Shown one piece after another: positions 18,454 through 28,376 of a DNA stretch of 64,000 nt (positions are counted from its first letter, which is position 1; the number at the start of each line of letters is the position of its first letter). Position numbers and translations under genes: made by a program. This DNA is from Deferribacterales bacterium (GTDB lineage Bacteria > Chrysiogenota > Deferribacteres > Deferribacterales > Geovibrionaceae): contig JBFWJS010000007.1 of the NCBI GenBank assembly GCA_050253075.1, forward strand, positions 96,001 through 160,000, given 5' to 3'. The notes under the pieces were generated by a model, which was given only the letters and a program-made list of their open reading frames with translations, did no database searches and was not told the origin of the DNA.

Positions 18454-19998
18454 ATGGAAATGACTGAGACACCCGTTGTTACGGTTATGAAAGACATACT
18501 GAGACCTGACAAGATACTCGAGACTCACATTTCATATGTTTTTATAAAAGACGACTACGTTTATAAGGTGAAGAAGGGGGTTGATTTCGGCTTCCTTGAT
18601 TTCTCCTCTAAAAAGAGACGCAAAGCTATGTGCCTTGTTGAAAAAGACCTTAACGAAAGATTCTGCAAGGATATATACCTCGAAGTGCTGAAGATAGCCA
18701 GACTGGAAAAGAAGTTTGAGCTGGTCCCCTTCGACAGCAGCCTGCTCACGCTGGACTACTGTCTTAAGATGAAGCGTATCGAGGATGAAAAGTTCCTTTC
18801 CACAAAGGTAAAGAACGGTGAGGTGGATGCCACCGACGCCGTAGAGATAGGTAAGAAGATTGCAGAGCTCTTCAAAGGGCTGGAGACAGACCCTTATGCG
18901 GCGGAGTTCAACGGCAGCGCAGAGATAGTGCGACAGAACTGCATAGAGAACTTTGACCAGATAAAGCCCTTCTGCGGGCGTTTTGTGGATGATGCCGATG
19001 TGGAGTTCATAAAAAAGCAGACTGTCAGATACTTAGATGAAAACAGCGCACTCCTTAATAAAAGGGTGAAAGAAGGCTTTGTGGTGGACGGACACGGCGA
19101 CCTCAGGCTGGAGCATATATACATGGACGGCGACGAATTCGGTCTCATCGACTGCATCGAGTTCAACAAGCGCTTCCGCTTTAACGACGTAATGTCTGAG
19201 ATATCATTCCTCTGCACCGAGTCCGATATGATGGGCGACACAGCCTTCGCAGACGGACTTATGGACGGATTCCTCTCTGTTTATGACGATGCGGAGAGCT
19301 CAAAACTCATTAACTTTTACAAAGCATACAGGGCTATGGTTCGGGCAAAGGTTGCCTGCTTCCTCCTCGCTGATAAAGATGAAAGCTGGGAGCTCTATGC
19401 GGATAAAAAGGCAGAGATAGAGACATACATGCGTATGGCTGTCACCTATGCTCTGAACATGTTCGAGACATCCACAATGATATTCTACGGGCTGATGGCG
19501 AGCGGAAAGACAAAGAACGCCCGACTCTTCGCAGAGCTTTACCCTGTGGAGCATGTGAACACGGATGTTGTGCGCAAGCTCATGCACGGGATAGACCCTG
19601 ATGCTAATGTACATGTGGATTACGGTGCGGATCTCTACTCAGCGGAAAATTCGCAGAAGCTGTATGAAGAGCTCGGCGAAATGGCGGACAGCAACAGACA
19701 GCTCGGACGCATGACCATTATTGACGGCAGTTTCAGCAAGGTAAAATATCTGGACTACCTCAAAGAGAACTACGAAGGCGAATTTATAAAGATACGCTTC
19801 TTTGCCCCTGAGGATGTCGTGATGGACAGGCTGGAAAAACGCAGGGAAAAGGTTTTAGCATCAGACGGCAGACCGGAGATATACGAGGCGCAGAAAGCAT
19901 CCGCAGAGGAGATCGGCGCAGATTTTGAAATAGAAACAACAGGCCATGCGGAAGACAACGCAAAGGCCGTTATCGGATATTTAATTGATAAAGCATAA
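18454..19998 (+). CDS. Aminoglycoside-phosphotransferase-like domain fused to a P-loop kinase (AAA_33-like)
   Basis: ETHISYVF, GFLDFS, HGDLRLEH, DCIEFN, GLMASGKT. Confidence 0.85.
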   Translation: MEMTETPVVTVMKDILRPDKILETHISYVFIKDDYVYKVKKGVDFGFLDFSSKKRRKAMCLVEKDLNERFCKDIYLEVLKIARLEKKFELVPFDSSLLTLDYCLKMKRIEDEKFLSTKVKNGEVDATDAVEIGKKIAELFKGLETDPYAAEFNGSAEIVRQNCIENFDQIKPFCGRFVDDADVEFIKKQTVRYLDENSALLNKRVKEGFVVDGHGDLRLEHIYMDGDEFGLIDCIEFNKRFRFNDVMSEISFLCTESDMMGDTAFADGLMDGFLSVYDDAESSKLINFYKAYRAMVRAKVACFLLADKDESWELYADKKAEIETYMRMAVTYALNMFETSTMIFYGLMASGKTKNARLFAELYPVEHVNTDVVRKLMHGIDPDANVHVDYGADLYSAENSQKLYEELGEMADSNRQLGRMTIIDGSFSKVKYLDYLKENYEGEFIKIRFFAPEDVVMDRLEKRREKVLASDGRPEIYEAQKASAEEIGADFEIETTGHAEDNAKAVIGYLIDKA

Positions 19999-20977
19999 CT
20001 TTGAAATAAAACAGGTGAACTCGCCCTTTGAGGACACCGCATTTTTTGTAAGAAATATATATAAGCCTGACGGGCTCCTCTTTGACTGCGGGCGCATCGG
20101 ACCACTGTCTAACAGTGAGGTGCTCTCCATCACAGAGATACTCATCAGCCACACCCATATAGACCACTTCTACGGCTTTGACCGCATACTCAGAGGCACG
20201 CTCCTCAGCGGGAAGAAGTTCCGTGTTTTCGGCCCCCCGGGGATAATAAAGAACGTGCAGGGGAAGATAGACTCCTACACATGGAACCTGATAAAGGATT
20301 ACCCCGTCAGCTATGAAGTGATAGAGCTGAACATGGAGAAGAAAGAGTATAAAACGGCATACTTCTCCGCTGCGAACGGCTTTATCAGAGAGGATGGTGT
20401 GTTAAAGCACTCTGAGCTCTCTTTAACGGGCGGTTTTAAGCTGGATTTCGAATTTTTCGACCATAGGGTGCCGTCGGTAGGATATCGTGTCACAGAGCCT
20501 GATATGGTCGCTGTGTCGAAGGTGAGGGTGAAGGAGCTCGGCTTCAAAGAAGGGAAGTGGCTCGCAGAGCTGAAGGATAAAGTGCTCGCAGGGCTCATGG
20601 ATGACGACATCGTCGCAGATACCGCAAGCGGAAAGACATCCATGAAGGTGAGCAAAGCAGCAGAGCAGATAATAGAGCCTGTGCAGTCCCAGTCTGTCAC
20701 ATACATCACAGACATTGCGCCGTCTTTCGACAATGTGCGTAAGGCCATCAGCTTTGCAAAGGATTCGACAATACTGCTGATAGAGTCCATGTTCCTGAAA
20801 AAAGATGTGCTCCATGCGAATAATAAGAAGCACCTTACGCTTGAGCTTTCGAAATATATTTTCCGTGAGAGCGGGGCGGGCTTTGTACGCTTTTTCCATT
20901 TCACATCCAGATACGACAGCAGTAAGAAGGACTTTTATAACGCACTTTATGACGGCATGGACGGCCGCATACTTTAA
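19985..20977 (+). CDS. RNase Z-like metallo-beta-lactamase-fold hydrolase
   Basis: SHTHIDHF, LFDCG, YITD, FHF.SRY. Confidence 0.8.
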   Translation: MIKHNFEIKQVNSPFEDTAFFVRNIYKPDGLLFDCGRIGPLSNSEVLSITEILISHTHIDHFYGFDRILRGTLLSGKKFRVFGPPGIIKNVQGKIDSYTWNLIKDYPVSYEVIELNMEKKEYKTAYFSAANGFIREDGVLKHSELSLTGGFKLDFEFFDHRVPSVGYRVTEPDMVAVSKVRVKELGFKEGKWLAELKDKVLAGLMDDDIVADTASGKTSMKVSKAAEQIIEPVQSQSVTYITDIAPSFDNVRKAISFAKDSTILLIESMFLKKDVLHANNKKHLTLELSKYIFRESGAGFVRFFHFTSRYDSSKKDFYNALYDGMDGRIL

Positions 20978-20979
20978 TA

Positions 20980-21903
20980 ATGAAAAAGTATCTGGTATTA
21001 TCAGTTTTAATTATTACAGCGGTGATATACATGAATTCCGGACGACCTTTACACGAGCTTAAACCTTTTACAGACCTTACGGAAGTTGACGATGCAGAGC
21101 TCCTTGATCTGGACTTTAAAAAGTCTGAATCAGAGGATGTGAAGCTGGAGGCGAACTATCCGCAGTTTCACAAAGGGGGCGATGTGGGCGTGCTCATCAT
21201 GCACGGCTTCACGGCTTCGCCGCTGGAGATGCAGCCCATAGCCGACTTTCTCATAGAGCAGGGATTCAGCGTGTATCAGGTGCGCACGTCGGGGCACGGC
21301 TCCATCCCTGAGCATCTAAACCTTACGACGTATCAGGACTGGTACGAATCTGCCAGATACGGCTACTTTGTGCTGAAGCGCAACTGTAAGAAGGTTTTCA
21401 CACTGGGCGAGTCGATGGGCGGGGCTATGGCTCTCACTATATCCGCACACAACGACACGGACGGGGCAATACTCCTTGCGCCGTGTATAAAGATAAGAAG
21501 CAACCTCACAAGGTTTAGCCCTATACTGTCAAAGTTTGTGAAGCTGATACCAAAGGTCGCAGCCAAAGCATGGACAGACGACGTTAAAGGCGTTTACTAT
21601 GAGCAGTGGCCTGTGGTGGGGATATATCAGCTCCTTATGTATACCAATTATTTAAAAGAAAATATGGACCTTTTCAGCTTCCCTATGCTCGGCTTTCAGT
21701 TTCCGAACGATGCCGTTGTCAGCGGGAAAGCCACCAGAGAATTCTTTGAAAATGCGCCGTCAGAAGACAAGACATACGTCGAATTTCCCGACAAGCTGAG
21801 CCTGACGCACATACTGGTTTCAAAGAAAAATGTTTACAGGGACGAAATGTTTACTAAAATAGCGGAATGGCTTAATGAAAGAGGTGTGAAAGATGATCAG
21901 TAA
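20980..21903 (+). CDS. Alpha/beta-hydrolase (carboxylesterase-like), N-terminal anchor or signal
   Basis: HGFTASP, GHG, GESMGG nucleophile elbow. Confidence 0.85.
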   Translation: MKKYLVLSVLIITAVIYMNSGRPLHELKPFTDLTEVDDAELLDLDFKKSESEDVKLEANYPQFHKGGDVGVLIMHGFTASPLEMQPIADFLIEQGFSVYQVRTSGHGSIPEHLNLTTYQDWYESARYGYFVLKRNCKKVFTLGESMGGAMALTISAHNDTDGAILLAPCIKIRSNLTRFSPILSKFVKLIPKVAAKAWTDDVKGVYYEQWPVVGIYQLLMYTNYLKENMDLFSFPMLGFQFPNDAVVSGKATREFFENAPSEDKTYVEFPDKLSLTHILVSKKNVYRDEMFTKIAEWLNERGVKDDQ

Positions 21904-22711
21904 AAACAAGATTGGCTTTATCGGCGGCGGAAACATGGCAGAAGCTCTGCTGAAAGGTATGCTCAGCGCCGCAGGGCCTCTCGACGTGGCTGTCAGCGAT
22001 CTGAATACGAACAGGCTGGAGCTATTCAAAACTCAATACGGCGTGGACGCCATAACAAAAGATAATAAAAAGGTCGTCGAATACGCCGACGTTATAATAC
22101 TGGCTGTAAAGCCGCAGATCATCCCCGTTATACTCGAAGAGGTCAGGGAACTCGTGACAAAAGACAAGCTGATTGTCTCCATAGCTGCGGGCGTGCTGAC
22201 AGGGTCTATCGAGGCTCATCTTCAGGCAGGCAGCAGAGTAGTGCGTGTAATGCCTAATACTCCTGCTCTCGTGGGGCTGGGGGCTACAGGCATATGCAAA
22301 GGTGCAAACGCCACATCGGACGATATCGATCTCGTGGAAAAAATGATGAATACCATAGGCATCAGCGTTGTCGTGGGCGAAGACAGGATGGACGCCATCA
22401 CCGGTCTTTCAGGCAGCGGTCCTGCTTATGTCTATACATTCATAGACGCTCTCGCAGACGCAGGGGTGAACATGGGTCTGACAAGGGTGAACGCTGTGAA
22501 GCTCGCCGCTCAGACCGTCATAGGAGCCGCAAAAATGGTTCAGGAGACAGGCATACACCCTATGCAGCTTAAGGATAATGTTACGACACCTGCGGGCACG
22601 ACAATATGCGCCCTGCACGAGCTGGACAAGGGAGCCTTTAAATCTACCGTAATGAGCGCAGTGGAAGCGGCTACAAAGAAGGCAGCTCTCCTTGGTAAGA
22701 CTAGTAAGTAA
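21893..22711 (+). CDS. proC: Pyrroline-5-carboxylate reductase
   Basis: GFIGGGNMA, LAVKPQ, RVMPNTP, SGSGPAY, PAGTT. Confidence 0.97.
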   Translation: MISKNKIGFIGGGNMAEALLKGMLSAAGPLDVAVSDLNTNRLELFKTQYGVDAITKDNKKVVEYADVIILAVKPQIIPVILEEVRELVTKDKLIVSIAAGVLTGSIEAHLQAGSRVVRVMPNTPALVGLGATGICKGANATSDDIDLVEKMMNTIGISVVVGEDRMDAITGLSGSGPAYVYTFIDALADAGVNMGLTRVNAVKLAAQTVIGAAKMVQETGIHPMQLKDNVTTPAGTTICALHELDKGAFKSTVMSAVEAATKKAALLGKTSK

Positions 22712-22735
22712 TTAATTTATATTTTCAGATAAAAG

Positions 22736-22766
22736 AAAAGGGCATGTTTTTCGCATGCCCTTTTTT
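22736..22766. terminator. Bidirectional terminator between proC and hypD
   Basis: AAAAGGGCATG-TTTTTCG-CATGCCCTTTT. Confidence 0.85.
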
Positions 22767-22768
22767 AT

Positions 22769-25126
22769 TTACGCCGATTCGTGCTCGGTTCTTTTTATGA
22801 TCTCTTCCTGAAGCTCGTCTGTGATGTCTACGAAATAGTCTGAGTATCCCGCAACTCTCACGATGAGGTCTCTGTAGTTCTCAGGTTTTGCCTGAGCCTC
22901 ACGCAGGATCTTTTCGTCCATAACGTTGAACTGTATGTGGTGTCCGTCCATACGGAAGTATGAGCGCACCAGCCTGCATACATTGTCTATACCTTCGTCG
23001 GTATACATGAACTCTTTGGAGAATCTCTGGTTCAGCAGTGTACCGCCTGTGCGGAGGTGGTCTATCTTAGACGCTGATTTTATAACTGCCGTAGGGCCGT
23101 GTCTGTCTGCGCCCTGAACGGGGGAGATACCTTCGGAGAGCGGGATCTTATTCTTGCGTCCGTCGGGCATAGCACCGATAACACTGCCGAAATACACGTG
23201 TGATGTCGTCGGCAGGAGGTTTATCCTGTGGTATCCGTTGCGTACGTTCGGTCTGCCGTTTACAGACTCGTAGAACATCTCGAATATTTCACGCATAAGG
23301 TCGTCTGCATAGTCGTCGTCATTTCCGTATTTCGGAGTATCTTCGAGCAGTATGGCTCTCAGGTCGCCGTATCCTTCGAAGTCTGCTTCCATAGCTTTCA
23401 GCATGTCGTTCATGGATATTATCTTTTTGTCAAAGATATTGTACTTCAGCGATGCGAGACAGTCTGTTATAGAGCCGAGACCGACACCCTGAATGTATGT
23501 GGTGTTATATCTTGCTCCGCCTGCGTTATAGTCCTTTCCGTTTTTGATACAGTCCTGTGTCAGTATGCTGAGGAAAGGGACGGGGATGTATTTGGCGAAG
23601 AGTTTCTCTATCACCATGTTTCCGCGTATTTTCACATCTATGAAGTAGTTGAGCTGAGTTTTATATATTTCCATCAGCTCTTCAAAGCTGGCGAAATCTG
23701 TCTTGGTCTTAAGCCCGACCTGCTTCTCGGTGCGTTTGTCGTATCCGCCGTAGAGAGTAAGCTCGAGAACCTTTGCGAGGTTGAAATAACCTGAAAGGAA
23801 GTAAGCTTCTGTGCCGAATGCGCCTGATTCCACACATCCTGATGCACCGCCGTTTCTGGCGTCTACGATGTCTTTACCCTGACGCATAAGTTCCTGTACG
23901 ATAGCGTCGGTGTTGAATATAGAAGGCTGACCGAAGCCTGTCTTAACTATATGCAGGGCACGCTTGAGGAACCTGTCGGGGTTCTTTTTAGATATCTGCA
24001 CCATAGAGCTGGGCTGAAGAAGGCGCATGTTCTCTATCACATCGAGCAGAACGTATGAAAGGTCGTTCACGGCGTCTGAGCCGTCTTCCTTTACGCCGCC
24101 GATATTGATGAGTGAGAAGTCAGTGTATGTGTTTGACTCCTTTGCCGTTACGCCCACTTTCGGAGGAGAAGGGTGGTTGTTAAACTTCACCCAGAAGGAG
24201 CTGAGGAGCTCTTTTGCGCTCTCTTCCGTTATCCTTCCTGATTCTATATCCGCTTTATAGAATGGATAGAGGTGCTGGTCGAGCCTGCCCGGGTTGAAAG
24301 AGTCCCACGGGTTTGTCTCGGTGATAACACCTATATGCAGAAACCAGTAAAGCTGCAGAGCCTCCCAGAAGCTCTCGGGAGCGTTGCCAGGTACACGGGA
24401 GCATATAGAGCTCATTTCCTGAAGCTCGAGCTTGCGCTTTGTATCTGTTTCGGCATCTGCCATCTTTTTGAGTGCTATTGCGTTTCTCTCGGCGAAGTTG
24501 ATCATGGCGTCCGCAGCGACCAGCATAGCCTGAAGCTCTTCGTTCTTGTCGAATGCTTCGGGGTCGTTGTGATAGTCGAGTGCTGCTATTGCCTCTTTAA
24601 CTTCTTCTTTCAGTCCGTTCAGACCTGTGCTGAAGACCTTTTTGCCGAGTACTGTGTGTCCGGGAGCTCTCTGCTCCTGAAACTCTGTGAAGACACCTGC
24701 GGAATAGGCTGCGTGCCATTCGGGTGTCATGTAGTGCATCACTTTTTCACGGTGGGATTTACCCTCCCAGAAGGGGAGCACTATCTCTTTGTGGAGCTTG
24801 CGGTTTTCATCATCGACCTTAAAGGAGACCTTTGGTCTGTTGTGAAGCATGTCGAAGTCATCCTCTGAGTGTATGCACACTTCAGGGTAGGTCGGCGTTG
24901 CTTTCGCTTTTGGTCCGCGTTCGCCCACTATGAGCTCTCCGTCGTGGAAGCAGAGCTCTTTTTTATCCATGATATAGTAGAAGGCCTTTGCCCTCTGCAT
25001 AGGTATAGACAGTCCGTCGGCGCCTCCGCCAGCAAAAAATTCCGTGAGCAGCACGCCTCTTTCCGAAGAGACCGTCTCCACTGCATTCAGACTGTTTTCA
25101 CGAAGTTTTTTAATCCTGTCTGTCAT
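22769..25126 (-). CDS. hypD: Glycyl radical enzyme, trans-4-hydroxy-L-proline dehydratase
   Basis: RVAGY glycyl loop, SGCVE Cys loop, HypD-type TEFQEQRAPGH, PWDSFNPGRLDQ, KESNTYTDF, GYFN, LLPTT. Confidence 0.88.
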   Translation of the reverse strand: MTDRIKKLRENSLNAVETVSSERGVLLTEFFAGGGADGLSIPMQRAKAFYYIMDKKELCFHDGELIVGERGPKAKATPTYPEVCIHSEDDFDMLHNRPKVSFKVDDENRKLHKEIVLPFWEGKSHREKVMHYMTPEWHAAYSAGVFTEFQEQRAPGHTVLGKKVFSTGLNGLKEEVKEAIAALDYHNDPEAFDKNEELQAMLVAADAMINFAERNAIALKKMADAETDTKRKLELQEMSSICSRVPGNAPESFWEALQLYWFLHIGVITETNPWDSFNPGRLDQHLYPFYKADIESGRITEESAKELLSSFWVKFNNHPSPPKVGVTAKESNTYTDFSLINIGGVKEDGSDAVNDLSYVLLDVIENMRLLQPSSMVQISKKNPDRFLKRALHIVKTGFGQPSIFNTDAIVQELMRQGKDIVDARNGGASGCVESGAFGTEAYFLSGYFNLAKVLELTLYGGYDKRTEKQVGLKTKTDFASFEELMEIYKTQLNYFIDVKIRGNMVIEKLFAKYIPVPFLSILTQDCIKNGKDYNAGGARYNTTYIQGVGLGSITDCLASLKYNIFDKKIISMNDMLKAMEADFEGYGDLRAILLEDTPKYGNDDDYADDLMREIFEMFYESVNGRPNVRNGYHRINLLPTTSHVYFGSVIGAMPDGRKNKIPLSEGISPVQGADRHGPTAVIKSASKIDHLRTGGTLLNQRFSKEFMYTDEGIDNVCRLVRSYFRMDGHHIQFNVMDEKILREAQAKPENYRDLIVRVAGYSDYFVDITDELQEEIIKRTEHESA

Positions 25127-25131
25127 AAGTT

Positions 25132-25923
25132 TTATCCTCCGATACCTGTGTCGAAACCTTTCGACGAAAAGAATTTTCTGATCTTTTCCATGTGTGTCTT
25201 ATCAGGCTGTTCCACATCTTTCATGTGGTATTCCATGCCTAGTCTTCTGTATTTGTCACTGCCTATCCTGTGATACGGCAGCAGATCAATCTTAATATCG
25301 TCAAATCCGCTGAGGAACTCTGCGAGGCTCTCGATGTTTTTCTCCGTGTCTGTTATGCCCGGTATAACGGGGAACCTGACACGGACGTCCTTGCCCGCTT
25401 CTTTCAAATATCTGAAATTGTCCAGTATAGCCCTGTTGGAAACTCCGCAGTATTCCGTATGTTCTGCGTCGTCCATGAGCTTTATGTCATACAGAAAGAG
25501 GTCTGTGAGCGGCATAGCCGCATCGAGCGACTCTTTCTTTGTATACCCTGTCGTGTCTATACATGTATGTATATCATTCTTTTTGCATTCTGCCAGCAGG
25601 GAAATTAAAAAATTCTCCTGTAGGAAAACTTCTCCCCCGCTGAATGTGACTCCGCCGCCGGATTCTTCATAAAAAATGAAGTCCTTTTTAATGACCTGCA
25701 TCACTTCGGACACGGTCATTTCTTTACCGATGAGTTCTTCGCTGACGTGGACGGAATTGTCCAGTTTCAGTTCTTTCAGTATTTTCTGCGGGGCTTTGTG
25801 TCTGCTTTCAGGGTTATGACACCATATACAGGACAGGGGACACCCTTTGAGAAACACAGTGGTGCGTATCCCCGGTCCGTCGTGTACGGCGTATTGTTTA
25901 ATATCGAATACGATCCCTTTTAT
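25132..25923 (-). CDS. Glycyl-radical activating enzyme (radical SAM), short form; start non-canonical
   Basis: Frame extends past the track start: IKGIVFDIKQYAVHDGPGIRTTVFLKGCPLSCIWCHNPE; GGVTFSGGE; LLPYH. Confidence 0.9.
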   Translation of the reverse strand: MKGIVFDIKQYAVHDGPGIRTTVFLKGCPLSCIWCHNPESRHKAPQKILKELKLDNSVHVSEELIGKEMTVSEVMQVIKKDFIFYEESGGGVTFSGGEVFLQENFLISLLAECKKNDIHTCIDTTGYTKKESLDAAMPLTDLFLYDIKLMDDAEHTEYCGVSNRAILDNFRYLKEAGKDVRVRFPVIPGITDTEKNIESLAEFLSGFDDIKIDLLPYHRIGSDKYRRLGMEYHMKDVEQPDKTHMEKIRKFFSSKGFDTGIGG

Positions 25924-25931
25924 AAAGCACC

Positions 25932-26648
25932 TTAACCTTTTTTACCTAGATATGCTTCCTGAACCTTAGGGTCATTCAGGAGCTCTGATGCTGCGCCTTT
26001 TATGGTCACCTGACCTACATCGAGAACATAGCCTCTGTCAGCCAGCTTAAGGGCTGCCTTCGCATTTTGCTCTACGAGGAGGACTGTCACTCCGTGTCCG
26101 GATATCTTCTTCACTGCGGAGAAGATCATCTTGACCAGAATAGGGGCGATGCCCAGTGACGGCTCGTCCAGAAGGAGAAGCTGAGGCTGTGCCATCAGCG
26201 CACGGGATATAGCCAGCATCTGCTGCTCACCGCCGGAGAGTGTTCCTGCGAGCTGCTTTCTTCTTTCCAGCAGTCTGGGGAAAAGCTCGTATATCCAGTC
26301 GAGTGTTTCTTTATCCGCTTTCTTCTGAGTGTATGCACCCAGCTTTATATTTTCCTCGACACTCAGTGTGCCGAAGACCTGTCTGCCCTCGGGGGACTGT
26401 GCCACGCCGTATTTAACGATCTTATGTGCGGGCACTTTTGTGATGTCCTGACCATTATAAATAATCTGGCCTGATTTTGGTTTCAGCAGGCCGCTTATGG
26501 TGCGCAGGGTTGTGGTCTTGCCTGCTCCGTTAGCTCCGAGGATGGAGACTATCTCACCTTTTTTAACATCGAAACTGATACCCTTGATCGCTGCGATACT
26601 TCCGTATGAAACGACAAGGTCTTTTACCTCAAGCATTGTTTCAGCCAT
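25932..26648 (-). CDS. livF: LIV-family ABC transporter ATPase (LivF-like)
   Basis: GANGAGKT, LSGGEQQM, LLDEPSLG. Confidence 0.93.
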   Translation of the reverse strand: MAETMLEVKDLVVSYGSIAAIKGISFDVKKGEIVSILGANGAGKTTTLRTISGLLKPKSGQIIYNGQDITKVPAHKIVKYGVAQSPEGRQVFGTLSVEENIKLGAYTQKKADKETLDWIYELFPRLLERRKQLAGTLSGGEQQMLAISRALMAQPQLLLLDEPSLGIAPILVKMIFSAVKKISGHGVTVLLVEQNAKAALKLADRGYVLDVGQVTIKGAASELLNDPKVQEAYLGKKG

Positions 26649-27435
26649 TGCTCACTTCCTCCTCATCGTCGTCTGTACCGAGGTATGCCTCGATAACCAC
26701 AGGGTCGTTCTGTACGAACTCTGCTGTTCCTTCGCTGATCTTCGAGCCGAAGTTGATAACTGTTATATAGTCTACAAGCTGCATAACCATGTCCATATCA
26801 TGCTCGATAAGAAGTATCGTGATGCCCATGTCTCTTATTTTAAATATGAGATCCACAAGCTCAAGGGTCTCTTTATCGTTGAGTCCTGCTGCCGGCTCGT
26901 CGAGGATGAGCAGCTCAGGCTCTGTCGCCAGTGCTCTGGCTATCTCTACACGGCGCTGTATGCCGTATGCCAGAGAGTTTGTAGGGGTTGTAGCGTATGG
27001 CATCAGGCCGAGAAATTCCATGATCTCTTTTACCTTCAGCCAGTTGGCCTTCTCATCTTTGTTATAAAATGGAGTACTGAGAAGCCCCTGCAGCCAGTTC
27101 TGCTTAGATTTCTGATGGCGTCCGGAGATGATATTCTCTGCCACGCTCATTTTACCGAAAAGGCGTATGTTCTGAAAGGTTCTAACGATGCCGAGCCCTG
27201 CAATGTCGCAAGGGTGCTTGCCGGCTATGTTTTCGCCTTTCCATACTATTTCGCCGTCTTCCGGTTTATATATACCCGTGATGCAGTTGAAAGCTGTTGT
27301 CTTTCCCGCACCGTTGGGCCCGATGATGCCGTATATCTGTCCCTTTTCCACTTTAAAGGAGAGGGCGTCCATGGCTACTACACCGCCGAATTTCTTTGTT
27401 ACGTCTATCAGCTCTAAAAGCGGAAAGTCTTTCAT
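26641..27435 (-). CDS. livG: LIV-family ABC transporter ATPase (LivG-like)
   Basis: GPNGAGKT, RTFQNIRLF, LDEPAAG, IEHDM. Confidence 0.93.
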   Translation of the reverse strand: MKDFPLLELIDVTKKFGGVVAMDALSFKVEKGQIYGIIGPNGAGKTTAFNCITGIYKPEDGEIVWKGENIAGKHPCDIAGLGIVRTFQNIRLFGKMSVAENIISGRHQKSKQNWLQGLLSTPFYNKDEKANWLKVKEIMEFLGLMPYATTPTNSLAYGIQRRVEIARALATEPELLILDEPAAGLNDKETLELVDLIFKIRDMGITILLIEHDMDMVMQLVDYITVINFGSKISEGTAEFVQNDPVVIEAYLGTDDDEEEVSNG

Positions 27436-28376
27436 GCTTTTTCCTCCGTAACATATTTCGGCAGTTTGCCGTATTTAGCAGGGATTATACCCTGTGGTCT
27501 GAGAACCATGGAAACTATCATTGCTATGCCGAATACAAAGTATCTGTATGTCTGAAACTCTTTGAAGACCTCAGGCAGTACGAACATTATGAATGTACCC
27601 GCCAGAATACCCGGTATTGATGCTTTTCCGCCGACCAGTACGATGGCGAAGAACATTACGGATGTCATGAAGTCGAATGCGCTCGGGCTCACAGCTGTGT
27701 ACTGGATGGTGAAGATGAATCCTGCCAGTCCTGCCATAGCAGCTCCTAGAGCGAAAGAGAATACTCTGTAAAAGCGTGTGTTGATACCGATGCTTTCTGA
27801 TGCTATCGGGTCTTCCTGAATGTAGTGGAGCGCACGTCCTGTCTTGCTCTTCTCGAGGTTTCTGATGATAAGCAGTGTTATCAGCAGAAGCCCGAGAGCC
27901 ATGAAGTAGACTATTACGGGGTTATCGAGATAAACACCCATAACGGCGGCATCCACGCCGAATATGCCGTCGTCTCCGCCTGTCAGCCCGAGGAAGTTGT
28001 TCCTGAGCATCTGGATGAAGACTATGTTGAAGCCCACTGTCGCCACAAGGAGGTAGTCGCCTCTCAGGTGTACGATAGGGCTTGATATCAGTATTGCTAT
28101 AAGGGCAGGTACGATTATAGTAACGGGTATCGCCAGCAGAATGTTAAAACCGAAGTGAACATTCATAATAGCCGTGGCGTATGCGCCCATTCCGAAGAAC
28201 ATCGCATGACCCATGTCGAACATGCCCGCACGTCCGAGAACTATGTCTACGCTGAGAGCAACAACGGAGAAGATGCAGAATGTTGTCGCAATTGTTCTCC
28301 AGAGGTCGTTGCTTACTAAGGGGAGGATGATCATCCCCGCAATAAATATTATGTATCCTAATGTTGATTTTTTCAT
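27432..28376 (-). CDS. livM: LIV-family ABC permease (LivM-like)
   Basis: LRGDYL, TGG..GI, GRAL, hydrophobic helices. Confidence 0.9.
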   Translation of the reverse strand: MKKSTLGYIIFIAGMIILPLVSNDLWRTIATTFCIFSVVALSVDIVLGRAGMFDMGHAMFFGMGAYATAIMNVHFGFNILLAIPVTIIVPALIAILISSPIVHLRGDYLLVATVGFNIVFIQMLRNNFLGLTGGDDGIFGVDAAVMGVYLDNPVIVYFMALGLLLITLLIIRNLEKSKTGRALHYIQEDPIASESIGINTRFYRVFSFALGAAMAGLAGFIFTIQYTAVSPSAFDFMTSVMFFAIVLVGGKASIPGILAGTFIMFVLPEVFKEFQTYRYFVFGIAMIVSMVLRPQGIIPAKYGKLPKYVTEEKA

